Shown piece by piece: positions 25,364-36,764 of a DNA stretch of 64,000 bases (within the stretch, counting starts at the first letter, position 1; each line of letters opens with the position of its first letter). Source of the stretch: Octopus vulgaris (Eukaryota). Both the position numbers and the translations under genes were made by a program. Under the pieces are notes generated by a model. That model had not been told where the DNA came from. It saw only the letters and a list, made by a program, of their open reading frames with translations, and searched no databases. The stretch is from the NCBI GenBank assembly GCA_951406725.2, contig OX597818.1, forward strand, positions 21,824,001 through 21,888,000, written 5' to 3'.

Positions 25364-25861
25364 CAGACACACACCACAAACTTACTATTTGCATGCTTTA
25401 TATTATGGTCCCTCTTGGATTTATTATTGAATATTAGGTAAGGAAGAACTCATTTTTAAAAGTTTCTTTTCTTTTTCTGCACTGTATTTTTAATATTAAA
25501 TTCATAGAGAAGTGAAAAGGGAAGGAGAAGCTCTTTGATACTTGCGATAGAATGTAATTGGATGAAGTTCCTTGTGTATCAAGGCGATGCTTAGTGAAAT
25601 TTCATTGTATATATTATTACAAGTGTCTTTGTTAAATGATGTGAATTCATTTCTTTCTAATGTCATATTGACATTTACAGAAAAAAATAAAGCAAGTGCA
25701 TTTATTTTTTTAACGTTTTTATTCAAAGGACAAATATTTTGCTGAATTTGTTGTTATACTATGAAATATTTGAACATGTTTTTCCCCTAATCTCAAAGCT
25801 TATATTATTGTTACATGCACACGTGCACACACGCACACACAATATATGCATATATAACATA

Positions 25862-26470
25862 CAGTGGAAGCTGTTTATTATAATTATGGATAATGTTATC
25901 AATTAGCTATCTATCTATTATCTGTGTTTGTAAACAAACATGCACATACACACAAAATACATGTGATATATAATATATGCATACATAGTGCAGTGAAAGC
26001 TGCTTATTATAATCGTGGATAAGATTATCAACTGGTTATTGCTACCAAAATTAATGGGTCCAAAACCCCATATTTAAAGTAAATTAATAATTATCTGCTT
26101 ATGAGAATTAAAGTCCTGAATGTTATCAAAATTTTCAAATATATTGCAATACAGCCACAATCTCTATGGAGATTTTTTTTAAAAAAGTGCCGCTTGCTAT
26201 GGAGACACGGTAGGGTGTGGTTATGATGGTAATGGTGGTGGTGGTGGTGGAATCATGTTTGTGTTAGGAGTGGAGATACCTGTTCAAGTTTGGTTGATGT
26301 GGCTAATGGCATTGATATATATGTATTTAGACAGAAGAAGCTATTTGTCATGATCATGGATAATATTATCAAATGGTTATTGTTATCATAATTAGCAAGT
26401 CACAAACTTTATTTAAAAGAAATTAATATTATTTATCTATTTATTAGAATCAAAGGGTCAGATATTATAT
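25862..26470 (+). repeat. Three diverged direct copies of a pogo/Tigger-like MITE left end (25862, 25991, 26332)
   Basis: CAG(T/A)(G/A)(G/A)AAGCT..ATAAT/ATGAT..TGGATAA..TTATCAA recurs three times; the first copy is preceded by TA. Confidence 0.55.
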
Positions 26471-26809
26471 TCCTTAACTAATGTTATCAGGCAGTTATTG
26501 TTCTCGAAATGGCTTTTCATCAAAGTGATAAAAAAGTGATCTCTATAAAATATATATATATATTTTATTTAATTTAATAACTCATATGTGTTTGCATGTG
26601 TTTTATATTTTTAAAACTAAATTGTAGACATTATATGATCCAGTAACATTTACAAAATCTTCTGTCTAAATACATAAATGGAGACTGTGTGGTAGTTTAT
26701 CATATATAATATAATGTAAGTGCAGTACAACTGAATGATTAAGAATATTTTGCTTTGCAGCCATGAAATCCTGGGCTCATTCCCACCATGGCATCTTGGG
26801 CAAATATAA

Positions 26810-27192
26810 TTTCTGTAGTCTTAGTTCAATTCATACCTTGAGAGTGGCAATTAGACAGATGGAACTGGTATAGAAGCTCATCAGGTGAAATGTACTCATA
26901 ATTCAAAAGATATAGCCTTGTTGCACACAGTGTCATACTTGTTGCACACGGTGCCTAGAATTATAGTAAGGGTACACGTGCTTATGGAATATTCAGCCAC
27001 TTACATGTTTAATTCAGGAAGAGATAATTCAGTTCCACCATCATATATATAATGATAATGCATTATAACTTCAAGTTTCATACTTCGTTAGTGCTAAACA
27101 ATTATCAGATAAAAAGAAATTCAGCTGATCATTAAAATATAATTGACATGTCACTGATATTTTAGTATGTGGAGTTTCCAGTATCACATCCT
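26810..27192. repeat. Donor segment B (SINE 3' part plus unique flank), copied inverted to 30600-31003; its part 26966-27137 also has an older direct copy at 27477-27649
   Basis: Near-exact reverse complement of 30600-31003 apart from one 21-bp repeat unit and one substitution seen. Confidence 0.95.
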
Positions 27193-27788
27193 AGGATAAA
27201 AAGTTTAAAGTGGCATAGTCCATTACTTGTTAATATTGTTGGGATGAGTTATTTTTAACTTTCATTGTTAGAAATATAGTCTTGGAATACTTATGTAAGG
27301 TGAAAATGTATAAATATATTTGGAGATGAGGAGAGAAGGAAAGTGTATAAAAAGCTATTTGGAAAGAAATATAAAAAGTTAGAGTTGAAAATGTAATGTA
27401 ACAATATATTATCATATATAATAAGATCTGGAGTGGCTGAAATTGAAGAGGGAAATTGAGAGTTTCATTGTTTCTGGTAAGGATACATGTACCTATGGAA
27501 TATTCAGCCACTTACATCTTTAATTCTGGAACAGATAATTCAGTTCCACCATCATATTATATAATGATAATGCATTGTAACTTCAAGATTCTTACTTCGT
27601 TAATGCTAAACAATTATCAGATAAAAAAAAATCCAACTGATTATTAAAACGATAATTTATTTAGGCATTGAATTTATTGCTACATAAAAATTAATGTAGA
27701 AGGATAAATAGTTGGCAGGGTTATAAAGTGTGTTGTTTAAATATTAGTAATATCAGGAATATTTGTCATAAGGTTATCTTACAAAAAA

Positions 27789-27842
27789 TAATCTTACATT
27801 TCCCTCTTCATACTTAAGTATGAAGAAGGAAATGTAAGATTA
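27789..27842. repeat. 54-bp spacerless palindrome centred on TT|AA
   Basis: TAATCTTACATTTCCCTCTTCATACTT|AAGTATGAAGAAGGAAATGTAAGATTA, 26 of 27 pairs. Confidence 0.95.
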
Positions 27843-29926
27843 CTCCTAGTAAAAATTTAGGTGTCAATCTAATTATTCAAGTGTTAGTATAATCTTCCTA
27901 TGTTTCAAGAGATACTTTTTGAAATAGCAGCAGTTAATTAATATTTCTAATCAATATTGAATAGTTTGCAGATTTAAGGTTTCACAATATGAAATTCTTC
28001 TCAGCTATACATAACTTACATCATTTTGCCCTGTTTCTGTGTGGTGTATATCACTCAAGAATCTTCCATTTGATATTCATACTGCTAGCATTTACTTAAA
28101 AGTGTTAGATATAATTGGATAGTTGCATTGTATTCCTCATACCTGTATCTCTGAAGGAAGAATTATAGTTAAAGTATCATTGTTTAAATTTACCTTCCAC
28201 TATAGATTAGGAAAAGTTTGCTTTTCAATAAAGTTTCTGCTTGTGTTAAGAAAAAAAAATCTCCCAACAGCTGCATTTGAAATCAACATAGGGTCATTTG
28301 CAATCTTGTTGGCCTATATATACCAAACGGATTCTAAATTTGCATCTGTAAATATTGATTCATATTGAGACACTGCATTGACAATATCCCAGCATGCCAA
28401 TGCACATTATTGAAGATACTTTTGAAAAAGACCTTATTTCAGATTTTTAATCCTTAGTAAATATATGGATTTATTTCTTCCAATAACTTCTCTGAAATAA
28501 CTCGCGATGTAGATGGCATTGGGTTGGGTAGCTTTTATATTTATTATATTTCTAATTAGACTGCCAAAGGCAATAGCAGTATATGTGTATTTTAAAAATA
28601 AAAACTGAAGCAAATTTGCAAATGCTATTTGATGTTAAAAATAAAGGAGAAAGAATAAAAACTTTTAAAGTCAAGCCACCATATCACTATCGACAGCGCC
28701 ATCATTATTCCTATGTTCTTCATCATCTTTATTTGATCTTCCATTTTCCTATACTGATGTATTTGAATAGCTCTACATTTGCCTTCATCTGTTTCATCTC
28801 AGTTCTGAGAGCCAATAACAATTATTTCTTACATTGGTTAAGGTTTTTAAGGGTGGTATTTAATTGGTTGAACTGACTAAGGCATGAGAGGTACCTATTT
28901 TGTTTTCCTTTGAATGGATAAAATGCACATGAAAGTATTTACTCTGGCAATCTACCACTTATGCCACTCCACCCTCATCATTTATTATAAGCATATTCTG
29001 ATTTGTATTGGGATAAACAATTGGAAGTGAAGAGATTCATGCCTTCAAGAGTTATGCTCCAAGCTCTTTCAACATGAGAAATAATTCATAAATTTGTTAA
29101 TTTGTAAATGATGTACTTTCACATAAGCCATGATAAACTTAGCCTGTCACCTTGTTTGGCATCACTGGTTGGTTCCTGGATACCTTCAGTGGAATCCACT
29201 AATTTGCAAGAATTTGAGCCCTCTCTCCTGTCTGAGGATAACTTATTCCTTACCTCTCACCAGTCTTGGAGACCATGAAAAATTTCATGGGCATTTCTAT
29301 TCCTACTCTAAACCATAACAAAAAAATATTTTTTTAAAGAAAAATACAATACTGATAATGGAAATATCTTTTAGAAAGGACATGTGAAATATTCGTGATT
29401 GTATCAAGTTTAAGGAGGCACTTTATAAGTAACAATACAGCTTACATTCTATGTCAGCCCTAAAACATAGGTCATTGGCACGAACATTTTCTGAATGTAA
29501 AACTGTCTTTGCATACAAAATTACTGAAGATAAGAGAACAAACGAATGTATGTGTTTAATTATTCAAAAATGGACATTAATACCTTTCTAGGTGAGATAA
29601 TGGATATAAATATCTTTATCAATGTAGAAGAAAAAGTGTAAGGTATTGTTAAAGTGAGACATAAAAATATTGGTCAAGATAAGTAAACAAGAGTATCCCC
29701 CTCCACACACACACACACACACATTTTGTGTATGTGACTTTATACTTACAAATTAACTAACAGCCAATACATTACATGAAGTAAAGTTGGTATGTTTTTT
29801 GTTTGTTTATTGGTTAGGGATCTGTGCAGTTATGTGCTGCCCAGTCATTCATCAGATGACTTTCTTTTCTTCAAATGCCATCTGATGCATCTTGTCAGCT
29901 CAAAAGTTTAAGTAATGTCTCTTTAA

Positions 29927-30148
29927 CCCTTTAGCATTCAGATTATTCTGTTAAATATAATGCTTATCTATTCATGTTGTTTTGAATTAATTATGCATTT
30001 ATATTGCAGTTTTGAAATTTTGACGATGTGATTGTTTATTTTTTAGAATTTCATTGCAGGGTAGGTGTGAGAGGCCAGATATGGCCAGTTTGAACAGAAA
30101 ACATGTAGAATATTTGGGCTGGATATGACCAGTTTGAATGCTAAATGG
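29927..30148. mobile_element. piggyBac-type MITE (~220 bp)
   Basis: TTAA (29923-29926) then CCCTTTAGCATTCAGA; right end TTTGAATGCTAAATGG (2 mismatches); the right TTAA is split by the 30149-31543 insertion. Confidence 0.75.
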
Positions 30149-31543
30149 TCACTACCCATGTCTTCTAAAAATCTCACTACCCATGTCTTCAACACTTACT
30201 ACATTCCTCTCCTCCACTCTCTACTCATGCTTCTTTGGCAATACCCTACCATTTACATTATGACCTCCATACTTCAAGGGTATGCCTTGGCACTTGCCAC
30301 CATCCCTCTCCTGCTCCCTCTTGTACTCCTGCTGTCTCCCACCCTCTTTTTCCTGCTCTTCTCTCAGGTTGGGTAACCATGTATCTCCTTTACAGTAGCA
30401 CACCTCATTTCTTTCTCTCTCTCTCTGGCTGGGTAACCATGTACCTCCCCTACAACAAGACACCTGTTTCTATCTCTGCCTCACTATAACCTTTCATCAT
30501 CTGACACAAGATTCCCACTTCCAATTCCCCTTCCTCTCTCAAAGGATCTTTGTTTTGCAAGTTACTGGGTGACCCTGCCAGTGCTGGTGCCACTTAAAAA
30601 GGATGTGATACTGGAAACTCCACATACTAAAATATCAGTGACATGTCAATTATATTTTAATGATCAGCTGAATTTCTTTTTATCTGATAATTGTTTAGCA
30701 CTAACGAAGTATGAAACTTGAAGTTATAATGCATTATCATTATATATATGATGGTGGAACTGAATTATCTCTTCCTGAATTAAACATGTAAGTGGCTGAA
30801 TATTCCATAAGCACGTGTACCCTTACTATAATTCTAGGCACCGTGTGCAACAAGTATGACACCGTGTGCAACAAGTATGACACCGTGTGCAACAAGGCTA
30901 TATCTTTTGAATTATGAGTACATTTCACCTGATGAGCTTCTATACCAGTTCCATCTGTCTAATTGCCACTCTCAAGGTATGAATTGAACTAAGACTACAG
31001 AAAATGGTATTAAAAAGCAGGATTTATATGTTAATCCTAGCAGAATCTTCCTGTAAGTTAAACAATATAATTTTGAGTTATATCTGTAAAGGTTAAATGA
31101 ATAGGTAAGATATTGAATTACCAATACAAAGGCCATGTTATGTTCCAAACTCACTGCTATTTGAGCAGAATATGAGGAGACTTTATTCCATGTAACTCAG
31201 CTTACCAAACACTCAATATTAGGTATTATAGCATCCTCAAAGATTTCCTCTTATACATTAGTACTCTATCTACATTATCGATAGCTGTTTTATTTAGGTC
31301 TTTTGTAGTACTGTATATGAAGGCATATGGCATTGTGGTTAGGATGTTAGACGCATGATCATAAGGTTTGATTCTAAGATTGAGCAAGTAGCACTTCATT
31401 TCACATTGCTTCATTCTACCTAGCTGAAATGAGCATGGATTGAGTGCTGATGCAGTCCTCTCTTCCTCTAGCTTCACATACTAGATATTCTGTTGTTGAG
31501 GGTGGGAAGGTTCAAGAAGGTTTCTATGTTTGCTCCACCTAAA
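30149..31543. repeat. Composite templated insertion: A 30168-30601 = rc(33750-34183); B 30600-31003 = rc(26810-27192); C 30999-31543 = 37783-38327
   Basis: Near-identical sequence (paired ORFs 30235/33862, 30221/33888, 31226/38010 in the ORF track); junction microhomologies AG, AGAAA, TAAA; 17-bp false start TCACTACCCATGTCTTC at 30149-30165. Confidence 0.95.
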
Positions 31544-32447
31544 CATATTTACACACACATATTTCTGTTCTTGCCTAACTGTCATAGCTCTGTGAATCCC
31601 TAATGTCTGCTCAGATATAGTCATGAAAGCCTGGTTTAGTGATATACAGATACACACATCTTTGCTCTTTTTTAAAGATTGCTTTGCTAAAGTTGGTGAT
31701 TTTATTTCTCATGCCAATGGATTGTACACTGGCTTTGTGCCTTCAAAGACATGTGGAATAAAATATCCCTTGAGTGACAGGTATGGATTAGCAACAAGAA
31801 GAACATCTGATTGTAAAACAATGCCTCAGTAATATAATCATCTAATCCATACTAGCATGAAGAATAAAACAGACATGAAAATGAATGATTAGATTTTAAT
31901 GAACTTGTTATTATCTAACCATAATGTCAGCCTTGATCTAGCAGATCTTTGATCAAAGGTGCACCTGTCATGACCATCCCATTTTCTATTCAGACAGTGT
32001 ATCTAGGATTACATTGTCCAATGTATTTTTTTAAAGATGGATAGGAAGATTTGGCTGTTATTTTTGGCTAGTCAGGGGACCACTTAAGGACTAACTTATT
32101 GGCTTGTGCTGGTGCTTATTACTATCGTTGGAGGTTGTGGTTTTGTTGGTCATGATGGTGTAAATGGTGGTTGTGATGATAGCACTGTTGTTATGCCCTA
32201 GGTCATCTGTGATCAAACAGACATGATTAAAGGTACCTCAATTATGACAATCCATTATCTAACACATCCTTCTTTTTTGTTTTTAAGATGGTATGGTTTG
32301 GTTTAAAGGAGATTTGGCTGATATTTCTTGTCAGTCAAGCGACCATGTGGAAGCACCGAAAATGATTTTGTTTAATGTTGAGTAATAACAAACAGTCAGA
32401 GGGAAAAATGGTTTTAAAATATTTAAATATTGTTTTATCTCTTTCAG

Positions 32448-32497
32448 AATTACACCTACAACCCACCAGTTGAAAAACCTGGAGATTTCAGCGCATA
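32448..32497 (+). CDS. Candidate 50-nt coding exon (NYTYNPPVEKPGDFSA.. or ITPTTHQLKNLEISAH), host gene unidentified
   Basis: ttgttttatctctttcag acceptor, gtaaga donor, GC-richer apparently unique sequence between AT-rich flanks. Confidence 0.55.
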
Positions 32498-32778
32498 GTA
32501 AGAATCTTTTCTTTTTAATTTAAAAAATATATAGTTTTTATATTTTATTTCTATTTATTTTTTTGTGATTAAAATAACAGCTTTCAAAATGGAACATGGA
32601 TTGATTTAACAGCCCTGTGTAATAATCAAATGAGTTACCATTAACAGACAGCTTGTATATCTTCCTGTCTATACCAACACTGCTATGTTGTGTTTTAATT
32701 TATTACTCCAATCACATATATGTTTATAAATCTAAAACTGTTTGTTTAATACATCCATGTTGCTCTATTTTTTAACAT

Positions 32779-32834
<56 letters not shown>

Positions 32835-32958
32835 CTGCTCTCTCACTTCATTCAGCATCACCTCATTCCCCAGTGTTTTTATTGTTAAAGAAAGAAGTGT
32901 GTAAAATTTTGATTCCAACTAGTTTGTTAACCTTTGTAGCATTTCTCTGTCCTCCTGC

Positions 32959-32986
32959 AGCTTCACAGCTAATGCCAAACATAGAT
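32959..32986 (+). CDS. Possible next or terminal exon start (would extend ..DFSA-Y-FTANAKHR*)
   Basis: Strong acceptor catttctctgtcctcctgcag; phase compatible with the NYTY.. frame of 32448-32497. Confidence 0.25.
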
Positions 32987-33487
32987 AAGCCCATAAACTT
33001 AAATCCTGACTGATTGATTTAGTAGGTTGTTTTTATAACATCAACACCAATCATTGATTTCAAATAGATCAACAAAGTGAAACATCAAGCTAAGCAACGA
33101 TGTTACTTCTACTACTGAAAAAATATGTTGCATTTAACTACTTATCTAGACTGATAGGTCGAGGTGCATTGAAAATGATGTCACTAAGATATTGACCTAC
33201 TGACTGGAAGGTCAAGAAATCATATACTGCTTTCTGTGCTCTGCTGTGGTTTGTAGCCAAGATACTTAACTCTAAATTAGTCCAGTCCACTTAGTTGTAT
33301 ATAGATACAATGATGTAATAGGCTGATCATTTCAAGCTGCTGAAGCATTATGTAATTGAAACATGTTTTGTTAGCTTGCAGGGCTGGATTAAAAGTCTCT
33401 GATGAGTGTTGTTTCATCATCATCATCAGGTGTGCTATTAAGTTAGACATGAGCTGGGCCTATACTGGCCGAAACCTGTCAAAGTTA

Positions 33488-34183
33488 TCATCATCATCAT
33501 TGTTTAACGTCCACCTTCCATGCCTGCATGGGTTGGACAGTTTGACAGGAGCTGGCCTAGCAGGAGCCTGCTCCAGACTTCTGTGTTTGTTTTGGCAGGG
33601 GTTTTATTGTGGGATGGTCTTCCTCATCGATCACCCAGCAGAGTGGACTGCTTTTACATGCCACCTGCTCAGGCGAGGTCAGTTTGGCATGGTTTTTTAT
33701 AGCTGGATACCCTTCCAAACACCAACCACTTTACAGTGTGGACTGGATGCTTTTTAAGTGGCACCAGCACTGGCAGGGTCACCCAGTAACTTGCAAAACA
33801 AAGATCCTTTGAGAGAGGAAGGGGAATTGGAAGTGGGAATCTTGTGTCAGATGATGAAAGGTTATAGTGAGGCAGAGATAGAAACAGGTGTCTTGTTGTA
33901 GGGGAGGTACATGGTTACCCAGCCAGAGAGAGAGAGAAAGAAATGAGGTGTGCTACTGTAAAGGAGATACATGGTTACCCAACCTGAGAGAAGAGCAGGA
34001 AAAAGAGGGTGGGAGACAGCAGGAGTACAAGAGGGAGCAGGAGAGAGATTGTGGCAAGTGCCTAGGCATACCCTTGAAGTATGGAGGTCATAATGTAAAT
34101 GGTAGGGTATTGCCAAAGAAGCATGAGTAGAGAGTGGAGGAGAGGAATGTAGTAAGTGTTGAAGACATGGGTAGTGAGATTTT
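33488..34183 (-). mobile_element. RTE-tail-type retroposon copy; 33750-34183 is donor segment A
   Basis: (CAT)n then TGTTTAACGTCCACCTTCCATGCCTGCATGGGTTGGAC, the reverse complement of the RTE 3' terminus; related fragments at ~8330-8600, 10340-10495, 34300-34540, 51235-51440, 51710-51860. Confidence 0.7.
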
Positions 34184-35183
34184 CATTTCTAAGCTGATCA
34201 AGTGTACTACATCACTTCATGAAGGCATAAGACTAGATATATATTAAAAACAAAGTCGAGTCGTTCTGGGATGAAAATTAAATTTCTAATGATGATGAGC
34301 ATCATTTTTTAACATAGATCCACTTTTCTATGCTTGTATGATTGGATGGAATTTTTGTTGAGATGGATTTTCTACTGCCAGAAACCATTCTTGTTACTAA
34401 CCCTCACCAATTTCTAAGGTAATATCTCCCAGTGACCAGGTATGCTTTTCATAGAAGATTGGGAACAAATGACACCACTTGTATGAAGGAGACACTCATT
34501 TCCAACTATCATGTGATGTCAAGGCAAAGAGAAATTTGTGTGTGTGTGCCTACCAAATCCACTTGCAAAGCTTTGGTTGGCCTGGCACTGTAGTAGGTGT
34601 CATGCAGTGAGATTGAACCCAGAACCATGTGTTTGGGAAGCAAACTTTTTACCACACAGCCATGCCTGCACCTAAGTATACAATAAATTAGAAATTAATA
34701 CTTGTAAATAGCAAATCAGTTATAATTAGTCAAAAGAGATTATTATTTCATTATTATCATCTTCATGTCTATTTTTACATGTTGGCATACAGTGAACTAT
34801 TTATTGAACAGCATATTACAACTTCTCACAATAATCTTTCAATTTGCTTGGGAAGTTGAACAAGCTCAGATCTCATCTCAACACTTCTTATTTGTCTGTT
34901 TCCATCCTTTGTCTGTTATCATCACGCAGTGTTGTTTCATCCCACATTCATTATACTTTTAAATATCATTTCTAGTATTCTCATATAGATTCTTAATTTT
35001 TTATTTTATATTTCTGTGTAAAGAATCATTTGACTAACATCTGTGAAATGAAACAGTAACAGATTGATAATATTTGATAAAGCATTAGAAGCACCAATCT
35101 GATAGCAACAGACACTGACAGGATTTGAACCATCTATCTATCCCTTGCCACTTAATAATATCATTACAAATTGAAATATTACT

Positions 35184-36540
35184 ATCATCATCATCGTCGT
35201 CATCATCGTTTAATGTCCGTTTTCCATGCTAGCATGGGTTGGACGATTTGACTGGGGTCTGGGAATCCTTGAGGCTGCACCATCATCATCTGGAAAAGAC
35301 TTTCTAACTAGAAAGGGTATGGCCTGGTCAGCCTGTAATGACATGCATAAGATCTGGTCATCAAATCTAAGTAGAGACTTCAAACTTGAAATATTCAAAG
35401 CCACAGTCGAACCAATTCTACTATATGGCTCAGAAACCTGGACGTTATCAAAGAAGCTTGAGAGGCGGTTGGATGGAACCTACCCTCGCCTCCTTATGAG
35501 AGCTCAAAATCTCTCGTGGAAGTGCCATCCAACCAAAATGCAAATATATGGGAAATTACCACCTGTGTCATCTCTTGTGAAAGGTAGGAGAGTCCAGTTT
35601 GCTGGACATTGTTGTAGAGCTGAAAAAGAAGTAATTTCTACTCTTCTCCTCTGGAAGCCATCTACTCGCAATACCAGAGGGCGCACACTCTCCTACCCTG
35701 ATGTAATCTCCAGGGATACAGGCATCCAGCAACAGGACCTCCGTAATGCTATGATGGACCGTGAAGTCTGGCGTAACATAGTAAATTCCATTGTCTCGAC
35801 CATGGTCGAACAATGATGATGATGAGGCTGCACCAGGCTCCAGTCTGATCTGGCAGTGTTTCTGCAGCTGGATGCCCTTCCTAATGCCAACCACTCCATG
35901 AGTGTAGTGGGTGCTTTTTACATGCCACCAGCACAGGAGCCAGAGGAGGCTGGCAACAGCCACGATCGGTTGGTGCTTTTTATATGCTACCGGTACAGAA
36001 GCCATTCAAGGTGGCGCTGGCATCGGCCACATTCAGATGGTGCTTTTTATGTGCCACCGGAATGGGTATCACAACTACAATTTCCATTTGATTTTCATTT
36101 TGATGTTGATGTACTTGACTCAATAGGTCCCTTCAAGTACAGCAGGTCACCCCACAATCCAAGGTACTTTTGAATGGGCTAGGGCTGGTTATACGAAACT
36201 GGTGTAGGATACAGCCGTGAACTCACTTTATTTGCTGGGTCTTTGCAGTCACAGCATATCTCCAGAGGTCTCGGTCTTTCATCATTGCCTCTGTGTGGCC
36301 CAACGTTTGAAGGTCATGCTTCACCACCTCATCCCATGTGTTCCTGGGTCTACCTCTACTCCAGATTCCTTCAACTGTTTGGGAGTGGCACTTCTTCACA
36401 CAGCTCTCCTCATCCATCTGTAGTACATGACCATACCAGCGCAAATGTCTCTCTTGCATGCCATATCCGATGCTTCTTATGTCCAACATTTCTCTCAGAG
36501 CGCTTACACTCTGTCATGCATGCACACTGACATTACACAT
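35184..36540 (-). mobile_element. 5'-truncated RTE (BovB-like) LINE: C-terminal ORF remnant, 3' UTR and (GAT)n tail, interrupted by a second LINE
   Basis: ORF 36223-36489 MQERHLRWYGHVLQMDEESCVKK..VEG..RGRPRNTWDEVVKHDL..DRDLWR is the typical RTE C-terminus. Confidence 0.88.
35283..35822 (+). mobile_element. 5'-truncated RTE/RTE-X-type LINE nested in the previous element, 13-bp TSD
   Basis: Open frame RKGMAWSACNDMHKIW..FKATVEPILLYGSETWTL..RLDGTY..RRVQFAGHC..AMMDREVWR; TSD TGAGGCTGCACCA at 35270-35282 and 35823-35835; (GAT)n tail. Confidence 0.92.
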
Positions 36541-36764
36541 TATTATGTTAAACATTTATCAGTTGATTCATTGCTGATATTGGTAAACTCAGTTTGTGTT
36601 TGCTTTAAGTAGTACAACAAAAGTATAAACCTTTGATAATGAACTTTATCTAAAAACATACTATAGTGACTGATATGTTACAAGAAGAAGGATATTAATA
36701 TAAACTGAAATATTGAGAACTTTACAACTTTTTATCTGTTATGTATTTTTATTTATCATTATCA

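Noticed and set aside
30221-34130. Paired near-identical ORFs (84 aa MAIPYHLH.., 80 aa MSCCRGGT.., 83 aa MKLEEERT..) suggesting duplicated genes
   Set aside because: By-products of the recent templated duplication; no coding features
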